Positions 1-11,699 of a DNA stretch of 64,000 bases are shown in pieces. The notes beneath the pieces were generated by a model, which was not told the origin of the DNA, made no database searches, and saw only the letters and a list, made by a program, of their open reading frames with translations. The DNA is from Geosiphon pyriformis uo1 (Eukaryota; Fungi; Glomeromycota), in assembly GCA_016748015.1 (NCBI GenBank), contig JAAOMT010000135.1, positions 558,001 to 622,000 on the forward strand, read 5' to 3'. Numbering within the stretch: position 1 is the first letter of the stretch; each line of letters starts with the position of its first letter. Both the position numbers and the translations under genes were made by a program.

Positions 1-83
1 GCACACCTCCAAAGGGTAAGAGTACAAGCCAACCAGAAGAAAACCTCTTTTATGCTTTTAACTTAACTGATAATAACCATGAC

Positions 84-810
84 ATGAATGAACTAGCAAT
101 TAACACTTCAGAATCAACCAGAAAGAAGAAAAAGACCAAGGTTGATTTTGTTCTGGATCCAAACAAACCATCCACTTCAACTGTTGACAACAATAAGCCA
201 CCAAAAACTAAAGTATTTAAAAATCCTCCAAAGCTAGAACTCCCAGAAATAGTGCAAAAATCTGGTCCTTATTCCGTTGTCAAAGATCTCATAGAAACTT
301 CTGCACACATTATCTTTGGCCAGTTAATAACTCATTTTCAATTCAGAAAAGACCTTTGCAAATCTTTGATTCCTAAGAAAAAGACACTAAAAACCAACAA
401 GCATCCACACCAAGCTGAATTTGCTGACAACAGTAATGTCACCCCTTTCATTTGTAAAACCCAAGTGGCTGGTTATTTCATTGATCTAATCCTGGACAGT
501 GGATCATCTGTTAGTGTCATTGCCAAACACTTCTTAGAAGCAATTGGCAGAAAAATTGATGAACCATCTACATGACCAATGATCAATATACATGGTGACA
601 AGAAGAAAGGTCTAGGCATAACCAAAGCTGTTCCTGTCCAAATCAATGGCATTAGTATTGAAACTAACATGAAAGTATCTGAAGCAAAAAATACACCATA
701 ATAGTTGGCAATGAATGGCTCAAGAAAGCAAAAGTCTTGCTTGATTATGAACTTTGTGAACTGACCATCAGATGTGGTGAGAAACCCATTGTGGTTAAGT
801 GTTGCCATTA
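84..810 (+). pseudogene. Gypsy-1 Gag C-terminus / aspartic protease, disrupted
   Basis: LILDSGSSVSVI active-site motif; premature TGA at 573-575, a frameshift near 690, then IVGNEWL. Confidence 0.85.
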
Positions 811-991
811 GACAACTCCTTCAGTACCCAAACAAAGCCAAGAAGAAGAGTAATCAAATGAGTTAAATGATGAAGAAAGTGATGAAAAAGATGAACAAAA
901 AGAACAAGAAGAAACTGCTGAACTTGTCTACACCATCTTTACTAGCAATGGCAAATCATTAGATAATGTCAAAGCAGATAAAGAAAAAATC

Positions 992-2680
992 ATGGTAAAT
1001 GGCAAGCTGATCTGCTGGCCTTATTATGATATCCTTAGAAGAATCTTTGATCGAAAGCCTGGCAAGAAAGCCAAATACAATTATTGGTGGCATGGCCCTT
1101 ATGCCAGATGCTGGTACAATAAACCTTTGTATTCTCCCAGTGATGAATGCAAATCTTGCCTGATCTATTACAAAGATTGGGAACCAATCAGTTTGATACC
1201 CAAAGAAGAAATAAAAGAAGTACAGAAATCCTTTAAGAATAAACCACCTGAGATTCAATCACTTGTTGTAAAACAAAGAAAACCTTCCCCAAAAGAAAGA
1301 AAAGTAGATATTGAAAATCTATTGGTTAGAAATAGCCCAGTTATCTCAAAAGAAGGTGATACCCCTGAACAAACCCATGTAATACAACACACTATCACAA
1401 CCAGAAAAACTTGCTCTATATATTTGAAGTCTTATCAATCCAATCATCATAATGATGAGTTTATCAAGAAAGAGATAAACAGAATGAAAGATCTTGGATT
1501 CATACAAGAAACCAAGAGCAAATGGGCTTTCTCAGTTGTAGTGGTATCCAAAAAAGGTGGAACCCTATGCTTCTGTGTTGACTACTACCAATTAAATACC
1601 ATCACTATAAGAGACATGTACCCACTTCCCAAAATTGATGCAATGCTAGACAAATTCAATGGTGCTGCTTTCTTCTCAACTATTGACTTAACTGCTGGAT
1701 TCTGGCAAGTAGAGATGGATCCAAAAAGCAGAAAAAAAACTGTCTTCATCACCAAGTATGGCACTTATGAATTCATGGTTATGTCTTTTGGTCTCACAAA
1801 TGTCTCTTTCACTTTTCAATGCCTAATGGACAAGATGTTTGAATCAGTAAAAGAAAACTTTGTTCTAGTTTACTTGGATGATATAATAGTATACTCAAAA
1901 ACCTGGGATGAACACCTTGAACATTTGCAAAAGGTTTTTGACCTGCTCAGGAATGCTAGCCTTAAGATCAACCCAATCAAATCTTTCTTTGAATGTCAAT
2001 CCACCCAGTTTTTTGGACATCTTATTACAAAAGATAGAATCTTCCCTAACCTAGCCAAAGTTGAAAAGGTTTAAAACATTAGACAACCAATGAATATTCC
2101 TGAACTACACTCTTTCCTTGGTTTGGCTTCTTACTATCACAAATTTATCAAGAATTTCTCCAAAATTGCCTTTTCTCTTAACCAGCTACTCAGGAAAAAT
2201 GTCAATTACCACTGGGGCACATACCAGCAAAAAGCCTTTGAAATCCTGAAGAAAAAACTTGTTACTAAACCAATCCTTAAGCAATCTGACTTGGACCAAC
2301 CTTTTATTCTCCACACTGATGCATCTGATTATGGACTTGGTACTGTACTCTCACAAAAAGATGAAGATAGCAGAGAACATGCTATAGCATATGTCAGTAG
2401 ATCTCTCACACCAGCAGAAAAAAACTATTCAGTAACTAAACAAAAATGCTTAACAGTAGTCTGGGCTACTAGCTATTGGAACCAATATCTTCTTGGTGCC
2501 AAATTCTTGGTAGTAACAGATTATTAAGCCTTAGTTTGGCTGTGCAATAAAAAGAATCTGGAACATAAATAGATAACTTGCTAAATACTTCATCTGGATA
2601 AATTCAACTATGATATTCAATACTGCAAAGAAGCTAATCATTAAAATGCCGACGCTCTTTCTAGACTTACCATCCAGTGA
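992..2680 (+). pseudogene. pol: Gypsy-1 pol: reverse transcriptase + RNase H, with in-frame stops
   Basis: ORFs 992-2074 and 2090-2527 share a frame, separated by TAA; YLDD, SFLGLASYY, TDASD, NADALSR motifs. Confidence 0.93.
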
Positions 2681-2744
2681 CAGTACAACCTCTCAAACCA
2701 AACCAACTTAATTATTAATAACTCTCTCATAAACAAACACGATA

Positions 2745-4058
2745 ATGGACTTGGATAACTATTCTGTCTTAATGGAATTTTTGGGTAAAGGACAATACCC
2801 ACCAGACTATATTTAACAACAAAGAGAACATTTATACAAACAATTAAATTTCTATTTGATCCACCAAAACCAGTTATACAAAAGAAACAGAAAAGATTCT
2901 AACTACCTTCAAAGAGTCATAAAATTTGAAGAAAAAAAAATTGTAATCTACAACATGCATACTGATCCATTAGCTGGACATTTTGGAAAAACAAAAACAA
3001 TTCAGAAAACTTTAGCTCACTATTATTGGCCTATCTTAGAAAAAGACATTGCTAAATACATCAAAACCTGTGACATCTGTCAGAGAAGAGGCAAACCCAA
3101 TCGCAAAGAAAATATCCATCCAATCTTTGTTGGTCAACCATTTGACAGAATTGGTATAGATGTTGTTGGACCTTTAACAATCACTCCTGATGACAACAGA
3201 TATATTATCACAGCTACCAACTATCTTACAAAGTGGGTAGAAGCAAGAGCCACCCTAGACCAAACAGCAGTCTCAATAGCCAATTTTATTTATGAAGATA
3301 TTATCTACTGTTATGGCTGCCCCAAAGAACTTTTGTCTGATAGAAGAAGAGCTTTTTTCAGTACACTGATTGAAGAACTTTGTAGAAAAATAGGAATACA
3401 TTATAAACTTTTCTTCTTTTATCACCCCCAAACAAATGGCCTAGTAGAACATTTTAATAGAACATTGTGTGAAACCCTAGCCAAAACCAGTAAAGAAACA
3501 AACTTATAGGACAAAGTACTGCCCTCAGCTTTGTTTGCTTATAGAACTGTGAATCATGACATAACAAGTTATGAACCTTTTTATCTGTTCTATGAACACA
3601 TGACAACACTATCAATAGAAACTAATATTAAAACAATACTCTTTAAAGAAATTACAATAGAAAACTACAAAAACATTTTGCAAAGAAAACTTGGTACTAT
3701 TCTTGACTCCTTGGTAGAAGCACGAATAATTGCTTTTGAAAAGATAAAACAGTTCTAAGAAAAGCTTAAGAAAAAAAAAACTTATAAAACACTTTCCTTA
3801 AGTGTTGGTGACTTGGTATTGAAATATTGCTTAGACAAAAACAATGTTTATGGTAATAAATTCTCTAGCTGGTGGAAAGGACTCTTTATAGTCAACAAAG
3901 TTTTGAACAATGGTTCTTATATTCTTCAAGATCAATCCAGAATAATCTTCAATAATCATCTTATTTATGGCATGCGACTCAAGAAATATTACAAATGTTC
4001 TGATTGGTTACCAGTTATGGTAATACTGACCCAAATAATCAGCAAAAATCAGATATAA
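2745..4058 (+). pseudogene. pol: Gypsy-1 integrase, disrupted
   Basis: HHCC zinc finger (MHTDPLAGH..CDIC), core GIDVVGP/LLSD/NGLVE, C-terminal GPY/F-like WKGLFIV; no chromodomain seen. Confidence 0.92.
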
Positions 4059-4099
4059 ATAAATGCATTATTTCCAAAACAGAGGTATCTTCAATTGAC

Positions 4100-4756
4100 A
4101 TGAACAATTATTTTTTGGATCAAAATATTCAAAATGCTTTCTATACTCTCTATAAGTATTGGATCAAAAATTATCCAAATACTACTCTGACTATTGAAAA
4201 ACAAACCACCATAACTGATAACAGTGGAACACATACTGTTATTAAACCAAAGAAAACATCTACCAAGAGAGAAAAAATTGGTAGCAAAATAGATAAGTAT
4301 CTGCTGGAAAGCATAACAGCAGTAATACTTGCACCTTCCAACACAATTAGAAAAACAATTAAAGAAATCTTGTCTATAAACAAAAACTTGTCATATGGAA
4401 GACAACTAGAGCTCTATAGTCACCTTGGTGAAATCATAGAGGATATGAAACTCTTGAAGAAAACAACTTTAGAGATACAGGCAGAAATTTTGGGCATTAT
4501 ACAGTTAGATGTCCCAAGAATTTTAACTATTGCTAAAAGAGCCAAAACTCTAATACAAAGATTTGGTCTCTTGGATACAAAACTCATTTTATCACAAGTA
4601 CTATATACCTTATCCACAAAAAACTTTAACAAACTAGTTAGCTTCGAGTTAGATAAAACCCTTCAAATAGATTATTCCATGAATAGCTTGATTTTGCCAC
4701 AGCTCAATCTCTTTGGAGAGGATAATATTATGATTGAAACTTATACTTCTTATTAA
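4100..4756 (+). CDS. Gypsy-1 ORF3 (env-position accessory protein, unknown function, ~218 aa)
   Basis: Open frame 4004-4756 with ATG at 4100; reads through the PPT into the 3' LTR; homologous frames in Gypsy-2, -3 and -4. Confidence 0.75.
   Translation: MNNYFLDQNIQNAFYTLYKYWIKNYPNTTLTIEKQTTITDNSGTHTVIKPKKTSTKREKIGSKIDKYLLESITAVILAPSNTIRKTIKEILSINKNLSYGRQLELYSHLGEIIEDMKLLKKTTLEIQAEILGIIQLDVPRILTIAKRAKTLIQRFGLLDTKLILSQVLYTLSTKNFNKLVSFELDKTLQIDYSMNSLILPQLNLFGEDNIMIETYTSY
4715..4725 (+). other. Polypurine tract of Gypsy-1
   Basis: GGAGAGGATAA immediately before the LTR start (TATTAT = decayed TGTTAC). Confidence 0.7.
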
Positions 4757-5442
4757 TTATCATATGTATTAGCCACTGATGTCATATAAATTAGCCACTC
4801 TATTTTTAGAAAGTGATCATTGACCTGATCATTGACCTGATCAATGACCTGATTATTGATCTGATCATTGACCTAATCATTGACTTGACCATTAACCTGA
4901 TCATTGACCACTTTTGATAGCTATATAAGCAATGAATCTTTTAGCTGTTGAAATATATGTCAAAAATCAAGGAAATCAAATAAATAAAATAACAACTTTT
5001 ATCTCAATCATTCTCTTATCGCTAATTTCCCTTTCCCTACTTTCAAGTATTTGAACATCTTAAAGATAAAAAATTACTTGTTGGTTATTTCCTATCTTTT
5101 TCCTGAAACATATAAGTGTAGTATTTGAAGATTATTAAATAAAACATGACTGAAGAGCACATCTGATACTTGATATTGAATTCTAAGAGTGCCAACATGA
5201 GGCATAGAATTATACCAAGTGTAATCATTTGTTGACAGTATGGACTATTCCTCTACCTTCAGATTCCCCAGTTACCTTTTGAAAAGTATAGCAACTGAGA
5301 TATTTTATAAGACTGATCTCACACATTGAATTCATACTCATTTAATTCGCTCTTTGAAGTTGAATTCTCTTTGATTTTTTTTATCACCCTACAATTCTGT
5401 TCTCCCTTGCTATCCATTAGCTTGTTACTCCAACCTGTAACA
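4726..5442 (+). repeat. 3' LTR of Gypsy-1 (~717 bp)
   Basis: Follows the PPT; ends GTAACA like the other LTRs here; contains tandem repeats, TATATAA at ~4922 and AATAAA at ~4983; partner LTR is outside the window. Confidence 0.8.
4814..4910 (+). repeat. 12-bp tandem repeat (TGACCTGATCAT) x ~8 in LTR U3
   Basis: Direct reading; lies just upstream of CTATATAAG. Confidence 0.9.
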
Positions 5443-6163
5443 GTATAATAAACAGAGATTTAATTGATGGTTTTATTTGTAGCTTCCTGAAACTACAGTT
5501 TCATCAAATTTTTTTCTCAGCATGGTGGCCAGTAATCCTTCTGGTAAGTTATCCTCAAATCTATGAGTGTTTTGCCCTTGTTTCACAGGTTTTTTACCAG
5601 TCTCTATGACGTCTGTATCTCAGTGCTTAATTCTTAATCAATTTAGTAAAACCCAAAAAAATAACAAAAGAAATAAAAGAAAAATAGAAAAAGATAAAGA
5701 GATAGACAAAAGCAATTGCAAGTTAGTATTCCATCAATAACCATGATCAAAAGCTATTGTTCCAGTGTGGTTTAAGTATCAATTACTATCAACATGAAGT
5801 GTTGATAATGAAGAGTGGATTGAGATAGTAAATGATTATTTATTTGATATTTGTGAATGGAAGGTTTTTAACTGATGGATTCTGTCTTTTCTACTTTTAG
5901 TACTACTGTTATATATACATAATTGAAATTTCTTAATTTTTCAATTCTTCATACCAGGAATCCTGGAATTCTTGGAATCCTGTAATTCCTCTTGAGAAAA
6001 ATCTTGGAATTCTGGAATTCTGTGATTCCTTGTACAAGAATCCTGAAATTCCTAGAATTCTGCAATTTCTCTTAAGAAGAATTCTGGAATTCCACATTTA
6101 CTATGGCTACTTCTAATTGGCTAATTTATATGCTAATATACTCCTTATGTTCTATAAGTAACA
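5443..6163 (-). repeat. 3' LTR of Gypsy-2 (missing ~100 bp displaced by the Gypsy-1 insertion)
   Basis: Aligns with 14658-15381 (GTATAAT..ACAGAGATTTAATTGATGG ... TATAAGTAACA). Confidence 0.93.
5955..6093. repeat. GGAATTCCT/GGAATCCT 9-bp repeats in Gypsy-2 LTR U3 (also 15173-15311)
   Basis: Direct reading; between a CCAAT-like site (~6115) and the TATA box (~5910) on the minus strand. Confidence 0.85.
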
Positions 6164-6179
6164 TTATTCCCTCCTTTTT
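6164..6179 (-). other. Polypurine tract of Gypsy-2
   Basis: Minus strand AAAAAGGAGGGAATAA abutting TGTTAC. Confidence 0.85.
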
Positions 6180-6183
6180 AATA

Positions 6184-6816
6184 TTAAGCTCCAGCGAGAT
6201 CTTCCAAATCTTCTAACTCTAATTCTCTGTCTTTGAGTATTTTTTGAACTTTATTTTTGAGAATTACTTGGGTTATTTTGTTTTGTAATTTTTCAAATTG
6301 GGTGTTGGTTAATTTTCTCATTTTGTTAACTGTAATAGAGTCTATTTCTGGATTAAGTAAAATTTTTGGTCTGTCTTAAAATCCTATATGTAGCTAATAA
6401 ATGGCTCTTGCTTGTGTTATTAGATTGTTTTTTCCCACAAATTGTTCTAGTTGTTGCAGTATTGTTGTGTTGAATAATTGCTTTGTTTTATCTGTGTATA
6501 AGTTTTGAATATTCAAGTGTTGTTCCAAGTGGAAATAGCAAAAGTTTTTTGGAAATTCATGTATTCACTATTTTCAAGTTTCTTTGGTCAATTCTTGATA
6601 TATAATAACACTTGTTGTTTCTTCTATTGCTAATTTTATTTTCAAAACCATTTTGTTGATAGTGTTTTCCATTTTTCTTTGACTTTTGTATTTGGGTATC
6701 TTTCTAGTATCTCGGTATTGAATGGTTTGTTGATTGATAATAATTTCTATATTCTGTTGTTGAATTAGTTAGAAAAGTTGTTGTGCTAGTAAGTGGATAT
6801 TGTCAGTGATTTCCAT
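6184..6816 (-). pseudogene. Gypsy-2 ORF3 (env-position accessory ORF), with premature stops
   Basis: Manual translation MEITDNIHLLAQQLF...CYFHLEQ...QARAIY*L...NKMRKLTNTQFEKL; matches ORF3 of Gypsy-1 and -3. Confidence 0.65.
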
Positions 6817-6869
6817 TTTTTTGAAGTCTTTTGTCATGTTTATCATGCCTTTATATACTCTTTTTATTG

Positions 6870-8290
6870 TTTAATTTTACGTGTTTGGTCCAATGATTAT
6901 AATTGGTTCCAGATCTTGTGGAATCTCATCTGGTTGGACTAGTATTCTCTATACTCCTAATTGTGGAATATTACTGGTAGATGGTGACACTATATGGTAA
7001 TATGGTTTCAGTTAATTACTATGTGCTGCTTTGGCTAAGATTTTGTTGTCCCATCTTAATTTATAAGCTTCATTTCCAAGAATTTTTTCAATGTGAAATG
7101 GTCCGTTCTATTTGGGGTCAAATTTTCCACTCCATTGTTTTTCCACTTTGGTCTGATGTAGAAGTACTTTGTCTCCCATCTTGAATTCAATTAATTTCTC
7201 TGGTAATTGTTTATTATGTCTTTCTTTTTGTTTTTTTTGTGACTTTTAGATGTTATCAGCTGCTCTTCACTGTTTGTTTTCTAGTGTTTTTATTAAATCA
7301 TATGTTCTCCTTAATAATGTTTTCTGAAAATTGTCTCCAGTTATTGGTTTTGTTAGATAAGTATTAACTTCTATTTCAACTGGTAATGTTGCTGTTCTAC
7401 CATATACTAATTCAAATGGTGTTGCTTGTATAGTGTCTTGCTTCATTGTCCAATAAGCCAATAATGCTGATGGTATAAACAAGTCCCATTCATTCTGGTT
7501 TTCTTGACTGATCTTGGCAATTGCTTCATACAGTGTTCTGTTGAATTTTTCAACTAATCCATTGGTTTGTAAATGGTATAGTGATGACAATAATCTTTTA
7601 ATTCCAAATCTTTGACTTAATTCTGTTAATGTTCTGTTCACAAAGTGGGTTCTTTGATCTGATAGTAGTTCTTTTGGACATCTATGTTAACAAATCAAAT
7701 CTTGATGGACGAATTTGGCAAGGGATTCTGCATCTGCTCTTTAAATGGCTTTTACTTCTGGTCATTTTGTAAGATAGTTCATGACTACTGCAATATATTT
7801 GTTGCCTCTGCTGATGATTGTTAATGGTCTGACTAAGTCAATTCCAATATGGTCAAATGGTTGTTCTATTTTAATTGGTCTTAATGGTTTACTGGATCTT
7901 GTTCCTCTTCTTCTCTGACAAGCATCACAATTTTGAACATATTGGATGATGTTTGGATACATTAATAACCAATAATATTTTTTTCTAGTTTTTTTCATAG
8001 TTGCTTCTTTGTGAAAATGTTCTGCTGTTAAATCTGAATGTATGTTGAATAGTATTGTCTCTTTCTCTGGTTCTGTAATTACTTTGATTTCTTTTGTTCT
8101 TCTGGTAAAGTATATTTTGATTGTTGATAAAATGTTTTGATTGCTGTTTTATGTTGTTTTGTTCCTTTTGAGATAATTTTTCTTTGAACAATTGGGTATT
8201 TATATAATATTAAAGTTGTTGGTATTTTTGTATATTCATCTTTTATTATATTTTTGGGTTGAAATGTTTTTAGATTTGTTTCATTCACAA
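6870..8290 (-). pseudogene. pol: Gypsy-2 integrase, disrupted
   Basis: CDACQRR, FDHIGIDLV, YHLQTNGLVEKFNRTL, WNGPF motifs in ORFs 7267-7641 and 7762-7998. Confidence 0.9.
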
Positions 8291-8294
8291 CAAT

Positions 8295-9700
8295 CTATCA
8301 GCATTTTCATTGTCTTTTCCTTTTTTATAATGTACTGTATAATTGAATGGTGAAAGTTCTATTTTCCATCTGGCATGATAATCATTTCCAAATTCTTGCT
8401 TCTGGATTGAAATCAATTCTTTGTGATTGGTGTACACATCAAACTTTTAACTCAAGTATTCTTTCCATTTGATGACAGCCCAATAGATAACTAAGTGTTC
8501 CAGTGCTGGAGTACTATAGTTTTTCTTTGCTGGACTTAAGCTTCTACTGGCATAAGCTATTGGATGTTCTCTTCTGTCTGGTTTTTTCTGTAATAGTACT
8601 GCTCCTAATACTTGACCTGATGCATCAGTGGTAATAATGAATGGTTTGCTGTGATCTGGATACATCAACACTAGAACTTGAATAAACTTTCTTTTCAGTG
8701 TGTCAAATACTTCTTGTTGGACTCCTGTTCATTTATATTTTACATTTTTAGTTTGTAAATGATGGAGTGGCTGGGCCAGTTTAGAAAAGTCTTTGATAAA
8801 GTAGCAATAATATCCTGCAAATCCCAAGAATGCTCTTAGTTCAGTAAGATTGTTTGGTACTACAAAGTTCTTGACAACTTCAATCTTGTCTAGATCTGTT
8901 TTGATGTCATCTTTGCTCACAACATGTCCCAAGAACTTTAGTTCTGTTTTTCCAAAGAAGCATTTATTGGCATTTAGTTTCAATCTTGCTTGTCTGAGTC
9001 TTTCAAATACTTGTTGAAGATGATAAAGATGATCATTAAATGTTTTTGAGAACACCTTTGTGTTGTCTAAGTAAACAACTACTGATTTCCACAGTAATCC
9101 AGTATAGACAATTTCCATGAGCCGTTGGAATGTTGCTGGAGCATTCATCAAGCCAAATGGCATAACTTCAAACTCAAAATTTCTCTCTCTTGTGGTAAAT
9201 GCTGTTTTCTCTTTGTCAGCTGGATCCATGACTACTTGCCAATAACTACTATCTAAATCTAGTGTTGAGAATTATTTATTTTCTTCAAAAGCATCAAATA
9301 TTTCTTGGATTTTTGGAGTTAGATAGCTATTACCTTTGGTTATTCCATTCAGTTTTCGATAATCTACACAGAAATGAATCTTTGTATTCTTTTTCTGGAC
9401 TAGTACTACTGGTAATAACCATGGACTCATAGATGGCTGAATTAGCCTGTTGTCAAACATTTGATTAATTTCTTGACAAATAATCTCATGGCTAGCTGGT
9501 AGTACTCTATATGCTCTTTGTTTTATTGGCATTGTATCTCCAGTCTTGATCTAATGCTAAATTATGTTAGTTCTGCCAAATTTATTTTCACTGGCAAAGA
9601 TGTCATTGAAATTGTTGAGTAATATCTTGAGTTGCATTTGTTGAAGTGGGTCTAAGTTTCCCAAATTCATCTGTTTCAATTGTTCCAGTTGCAGCAGATA
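8295..9700 (-). pseudogene. pol: Gypsy-2 reverse transcriptase + RNase H, disrupted
   Basis: FCVDYRKLN, KTAFTT, MPFGLMNAPATFQ, VYLDN, TTDASG, IAYASRSL. Confidence 0.93.
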
Positions 9701-10059
9701 ACATTCACTTTGTCTATAAATAATTTGTAATGTAATATTTACATATTCACAAAGCTGTGGAAAATCTGGAATGTAGTTTGGTGGTTGATTCTCAACTTTA
9801 GTGGTTAAGGATCCAATGATAGTTTCTTTTGGTATCTTAATAACATTTCTGGTTGTATTATAAATGAGAATTTTGATGTTTTTTGGGCTTTTGGCTAATA
9901 TGTAAAGATTAATGAGTCCAATCTCTCCTGATTCACAAGTGGTGGCTTCTGGGCTTGATCCTTTACTTTTTTTTTTATAGCTAACATATATTGGTCATAT
10001 GGTGAAATAGAAATTGGTTGATGGGTGGAGATAATTTCTTTCTTGTTAATAATTTCTTC

Positions 10060-10520
10060 CTCTGTCATATTAACTGGTACTTTTATTCTACTCATTAATC
10101 CAAATCCTTGTATCCCTCTTGTTGTTATCCCTAATTCTTTTCTGTTTTTCATTGATACTAATTGAGCTATTTTCACCAGAGGCAGGAATATTGCCTGTGC
10201 TATCTTTTCATTTGGTTCTATAATATAGGCTCTTTCTGAATCATTTTGTAGTATTGCAATAATATTTCCTACATATTCTGCATCAATTATTCTCTCTCTA
10301 ATATTGATTCCTTTTTTCACTAAACTATTTCTAGATGCTAGTTAAATTATTGTTGTTGCTAGAATTTCCAGTGCTACTTTGAAATCAATACATATGCATG
10401 AATGTGGTTCCAATTTGATGGCATTCTTTCCTAGATATCTTAGATCAAACTCTGTATCTGTATCATGCACGTGTTTTGGCATAATACTTTCATTATTGTC
10501 ATTGAACTATTTTAGTTCTT
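10060..10520 (-). pseudogene. dut: dUTPase domain in the Gypsy-2 polyprotein
   Basis: Motifs I (FDLRY), II (ASRNSL), III (IIDAEYVGNI), IV (KIAQAIF) and V (RGIQGFG). Confidence 0.88.
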
Positions 10521-11699
10521 GTTCCTTGGTGAGATCTGGGAGTGTGGTATATTGTTTGAAGTTTAAATTGGAGTTTAAATCTGAGTTAAAATTGTTGCTA
10601 TTTTGAGTGGAGCTAAAATCATTATTTTTGTTATTGTCATTGTTGGAGTTTGAATCAGGATTGAAAATTGATTCTGATTCTAATGCACAGCTGTTGATTA
10701 GTTCTTTTTCTTTTGGGATTGTGTAGATTATGCATGGTAGTAGATTGTAAATGAGGTCACACTCATTACAATATTGGAAGTCACATGGAATTAAGCAATA
10801 TTGACACAGTTGAGTGTTCAGCTGCTCTAAGCATTGCTTTTACGCTTTCCTTGTGGACACTAGTCCTTGGTAGTGTTTATGGAATTGTTTTGGATTCAGG
10901 AGGTTTATGACTGGTTCTGGGTCCCAGTCAAGCTCTATTGGCTCTGATGGGTTGTTCTTAATTTCTCTGATTTCTTCGGGTAACGCTCCTTCTATTTTGG
11001 CAATTGCCATTCTCCATATCTTATTGTCATCATGTAGACAACTGTTCAATCACTATACAGCTCTTTTCCAGGCAGCTTCTATTGGTGTCCCTTTCCTAAT
11101 TCAGTTGCTGATGAGAATCATATACTGGCACAACATATCGTATGTTCCTCCTTAACCAAAAATGTTGTTCCACATTTCTTTGTTAAATAATGTTTTTTCA
11201 CAAGCTAAACAAGGCTTATTGTCCTATTTTCCTTGCCATTTTGGATGTCTAAAGTATTCTATGATGCATATGCAGCAATAGAATTTGGTTACTATTGAAT
11301 ATTCCTTATTGTTATTACAGCACGTGCTCATTGACAACAATTTCTTACCACAATCAACACATATAAATTTTGGCCAATAATAGGTGGATTGTTGTGGTGT
11401 AGTGTAAGTGTAGTGATTATAAGTGGTAGTTGGTATTGAATTATCTTCCTCTTCTTTCCCTTTTCTCTTATTGTTAGCTTTTTTCCATTTTCACATTGTT
11501 ATTTTATCTTGATTGTTGTTGGTTTCTCAGGCTTGGTCAGCATTTCAGATAAGTTCTTTCTTTCGTTTTCCTTTTCCATTGTTGTTCCAAGAGAGTATTA
11601 GTGGTAGCTTATTGTGCTCATTGTCAGTTCATGAAACTTGATATGCTTTCCAGATAGGTTTTTTTTTTTCTTCTTCAAACTTGATGAGTGGTGCTGTTG

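Larger units (their letters stand above)
1..5442 (+). mobile_element. Ty3/Gypsy LTR retrotransposon (Gypsy-1), 5' part outside window, inactivated by stops/frameshifts
   Basis: Domain order PR (LILDSGSS) - RT (CVDYYQLN, IDLTAGFWQV, VYLDDII) - RNase H (LHTDASDYGLG) - integrase (GHFG..CDIC, GIDVVGP, HPQTNGLVE) - ORF3 - PPT - LTR ending TGTAACA at 5442. Confidence 0.95.

Noticed and set aside
3900-4058. Chromodomain at the integrase C-terminus (also in Gypsy-2 and -3)
   Set aside because: Integrases end shortly after the GPY/F-like motif; no chromodomain aromatic-cage pattern seen
4004-4756. ORF3 as a retroviral-type envelope gene
   Set aside because: Only ~220 aa; no visible signal peptide, furin site/fusion peptide or transmembrane anchor
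4814-4910. CRISPR-like array (also 5955-6093 and 48850-48945)
   Set aside because: Short tandem units with no unique spacers, located inside LTRs of a eukaryotic genome
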